Shown: positions 62,771-64,000 of the stretch, piece by piece | Layout: every line of letters begins with the position of its first letter | Position numbering within the stretch: the first letter of the stretch is position 1 | Notes under the pieces: model-generated | The model's input: the letters and a program-made list of their open reading frames with translations, nothing else | Database searches by the model: none | Told to the model about the DNA's origin: nothing | Translations under genes and position numbers: made by a program | From: a virus | Lineage: Duplodnaviria; Caudoviricetes | IMG/VR virus record: IMGVR_UViG_3300036546_000207 | Location: 3,002 to 67,001 of that record | Strand: one strand, 5' to 3' | DNA length: 64,000 nt

Positions 62771-63664
62771 TCAGGGCCTCATAAATGTATCGAGCTGGGT
62801 AAACGTCATCTGCACCTCTTCGAGCGCATCGTCACGGCGTGACAGGGATATCTCGTAGCTGACCGGACGGAAAAGCCCCTTGGTTTTGAAGCCGCCCATA
62901 TCGGTCACGAATGAATGAATGATCTCGATGGTCACCGCGTACTCAGCTGGCACGCCCACCGTGCCATCCACCGATGCCGCCGCAGCCGAGTGCTGCTCAA
63001 ACCAGTTACGGATAGTGCCGCGCTGATCATCCAGCGTCGTCATGCGAATCTCGTCCACTTCGGTGCCGGTAACACCATCCACCACGGCAGTGCCGATTTT
63101 GTGCTTATCACCGGTAATGGTGACCGGGCCATGCTCGATATCGGTACAGAACAGATTGAAGTCGTCCGAAAAGTCGCCCATCAAAGGACTGGTAATGCGG
63201 ACCAGAAACAGGTTCTTCTTGCCACGCCGTGTACCGATCGCTTCCTGATGGATGCGCTTCGCCTCTTTGGGCGTTATGCCACCATAAAGCTGAGTCGGAG
63301 AACTCTGATGCCTGTCTGAGCTTGCGCGGCCACCAAAAGAGCCACCGAAGCCGCCGCCGATATCGCCTTCGATCACACCGGCAATCAGCTCTTCAAATCC
63401 TTTCTGCTGCAGGACTTGAGCGGCCTGACTCCCTACGTTGATTGCATTTCGAACCTCAGGCGGAATACGATCAGCCGCCCGACCAATGGCCGACCCAAGC
63501 TCACCGGCCACACGGTTGCCAATGGCACCCGGGATAACACCGTAAGCTCCAGCGCTGCCGCCAATCGCCTGAACACCCTTTTGAACAGAACGAGTAGCGC
63601 CACCGACAGCATCACGACCACCCAAACTGGACGTGATCGAATCAAACATACCCATCGTCATCAC
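62771..63664 (-). CDS. Baseplate/tube-like protein (P1 PmgB-like)
   Basis: 297 aa upstream of the tape measure; Gly-rich N-terminus; C-terminal tube-like beta domain. Confidence 0.5.
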   Translation of the reverse strand: MMTMGMFDSITSSLGGRDAVGGATRSVQKGVQAIGGSAGAYGVIPGAIGNRVAGELGSAIGRAADRIPPEVRNAINVGSQAAQVLQQKGFEELIAGVIEGDIGGGFGGSFGGRASSDRHQSSPTQLYGGITPKEAKRIHQEAIGTRRGKKNLFLVRITSPLMGDFSDDFNLFCTDIEHGPVTITGDKHKIGTAVVDGVTGTEVDEIRMTTLDDQRGTIRNWFEQHSAAAASVDGTVGVPAEYAVTIEIIHSFVTDMGGFKTKGLFRPVSYEISLSRRDDALEEVQMTFTQLDTFMRP

Positions 63665-64000
63665 CCTGAGAGGCTTTCAGTGACTGGGCATACAGCTTGG
63701 CCTGCTCTTCATCCAGCTGCATGAGGTCGGTCAGATAGTTCACGGCCACTTCTTCGCTGACGTTCATTTCTTTGAGCTGCTGCAAGGCCTGAATCAGCAT
63801 CAAACCCACGCTCATACCCTCGGAGCGGGTGCGCTGCTTCTCGGCCTCAAGCGCCGAAATTGAGCCAAAGAAATTGATCTGCCAGGGCCGCTCGGATGGC
63901 GGAATGACGACGCCGTATTTTTTCAGCGTATGGATATCGATAACGTGATTGAAGAACTCAGACAGGGATACCCGTATCACGCGCGCGCGCTCGGCCACCT
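63642..64000 (-). CDS. Portal protein (P1 Prt-like), C-terminal fragment; 5' part outside window
   Basis: ERARVIR..EFFNHVIDIH..KYG..RPWQINFFG.ISALE.E resembles the P1 portal C-terminus; the frame is open to the window edge. Confidence 0.7.
   Translation of the reverse strand, partial: VAERARVIRVSLSEFFNHVIDIHTLKKYGVVIPPSERPWQINFFGSISALEAEKQRTRSEGMSVGLMLIQALQQLKEMNVSEEVAVNYLTDLMQLDEEQAKLYAQSLKASQGDDDGYV

Overview
The whole window is one temperate myovirus genome, probably almost complete. It is cut inside darB at the left edge and inside the portal gene at the right edge, and no host genes are visible. The virion module is P1-like: portal, prohead protease, major capsid, sheath, baseplate, tape measure with a GH19 domain, PacA/PacB-type terminase and a hdf-darA-darB anti-restriction cluster. 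The control and replication module is lambdoid: cro/cI with three-operator OR and OL, boxA, RecE/RecT, NinB, RuvC, initiator plus DnaB, Xis and a tyrosine integrase next to an intact attP-like site. Where P1 has its Cin-invertible tail-fibre cassette, this phage has a complete diversity-generating retroelement (DGR): target fibre with VR, downstream hairpin, avd, TR and RT, with adenine-specific TR/VR differences. Features missed by the ORF track include a cI repressor split by one extra A in an A8 run, an in-frame amber stop in rdgC, a tRNA-CAT (probably Ile2), a GGAAA-N30-(-10) late-promoter motif at six structural operon starts, and attP arm repeats. Accessory genes of interest are a multi-domain DarA, an orphan gene in the rexAB position and a self-promoted moron ending in an LprI-like secreted protein. 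Family assignments come from motif recognition and synteny by eye, not from database searches.
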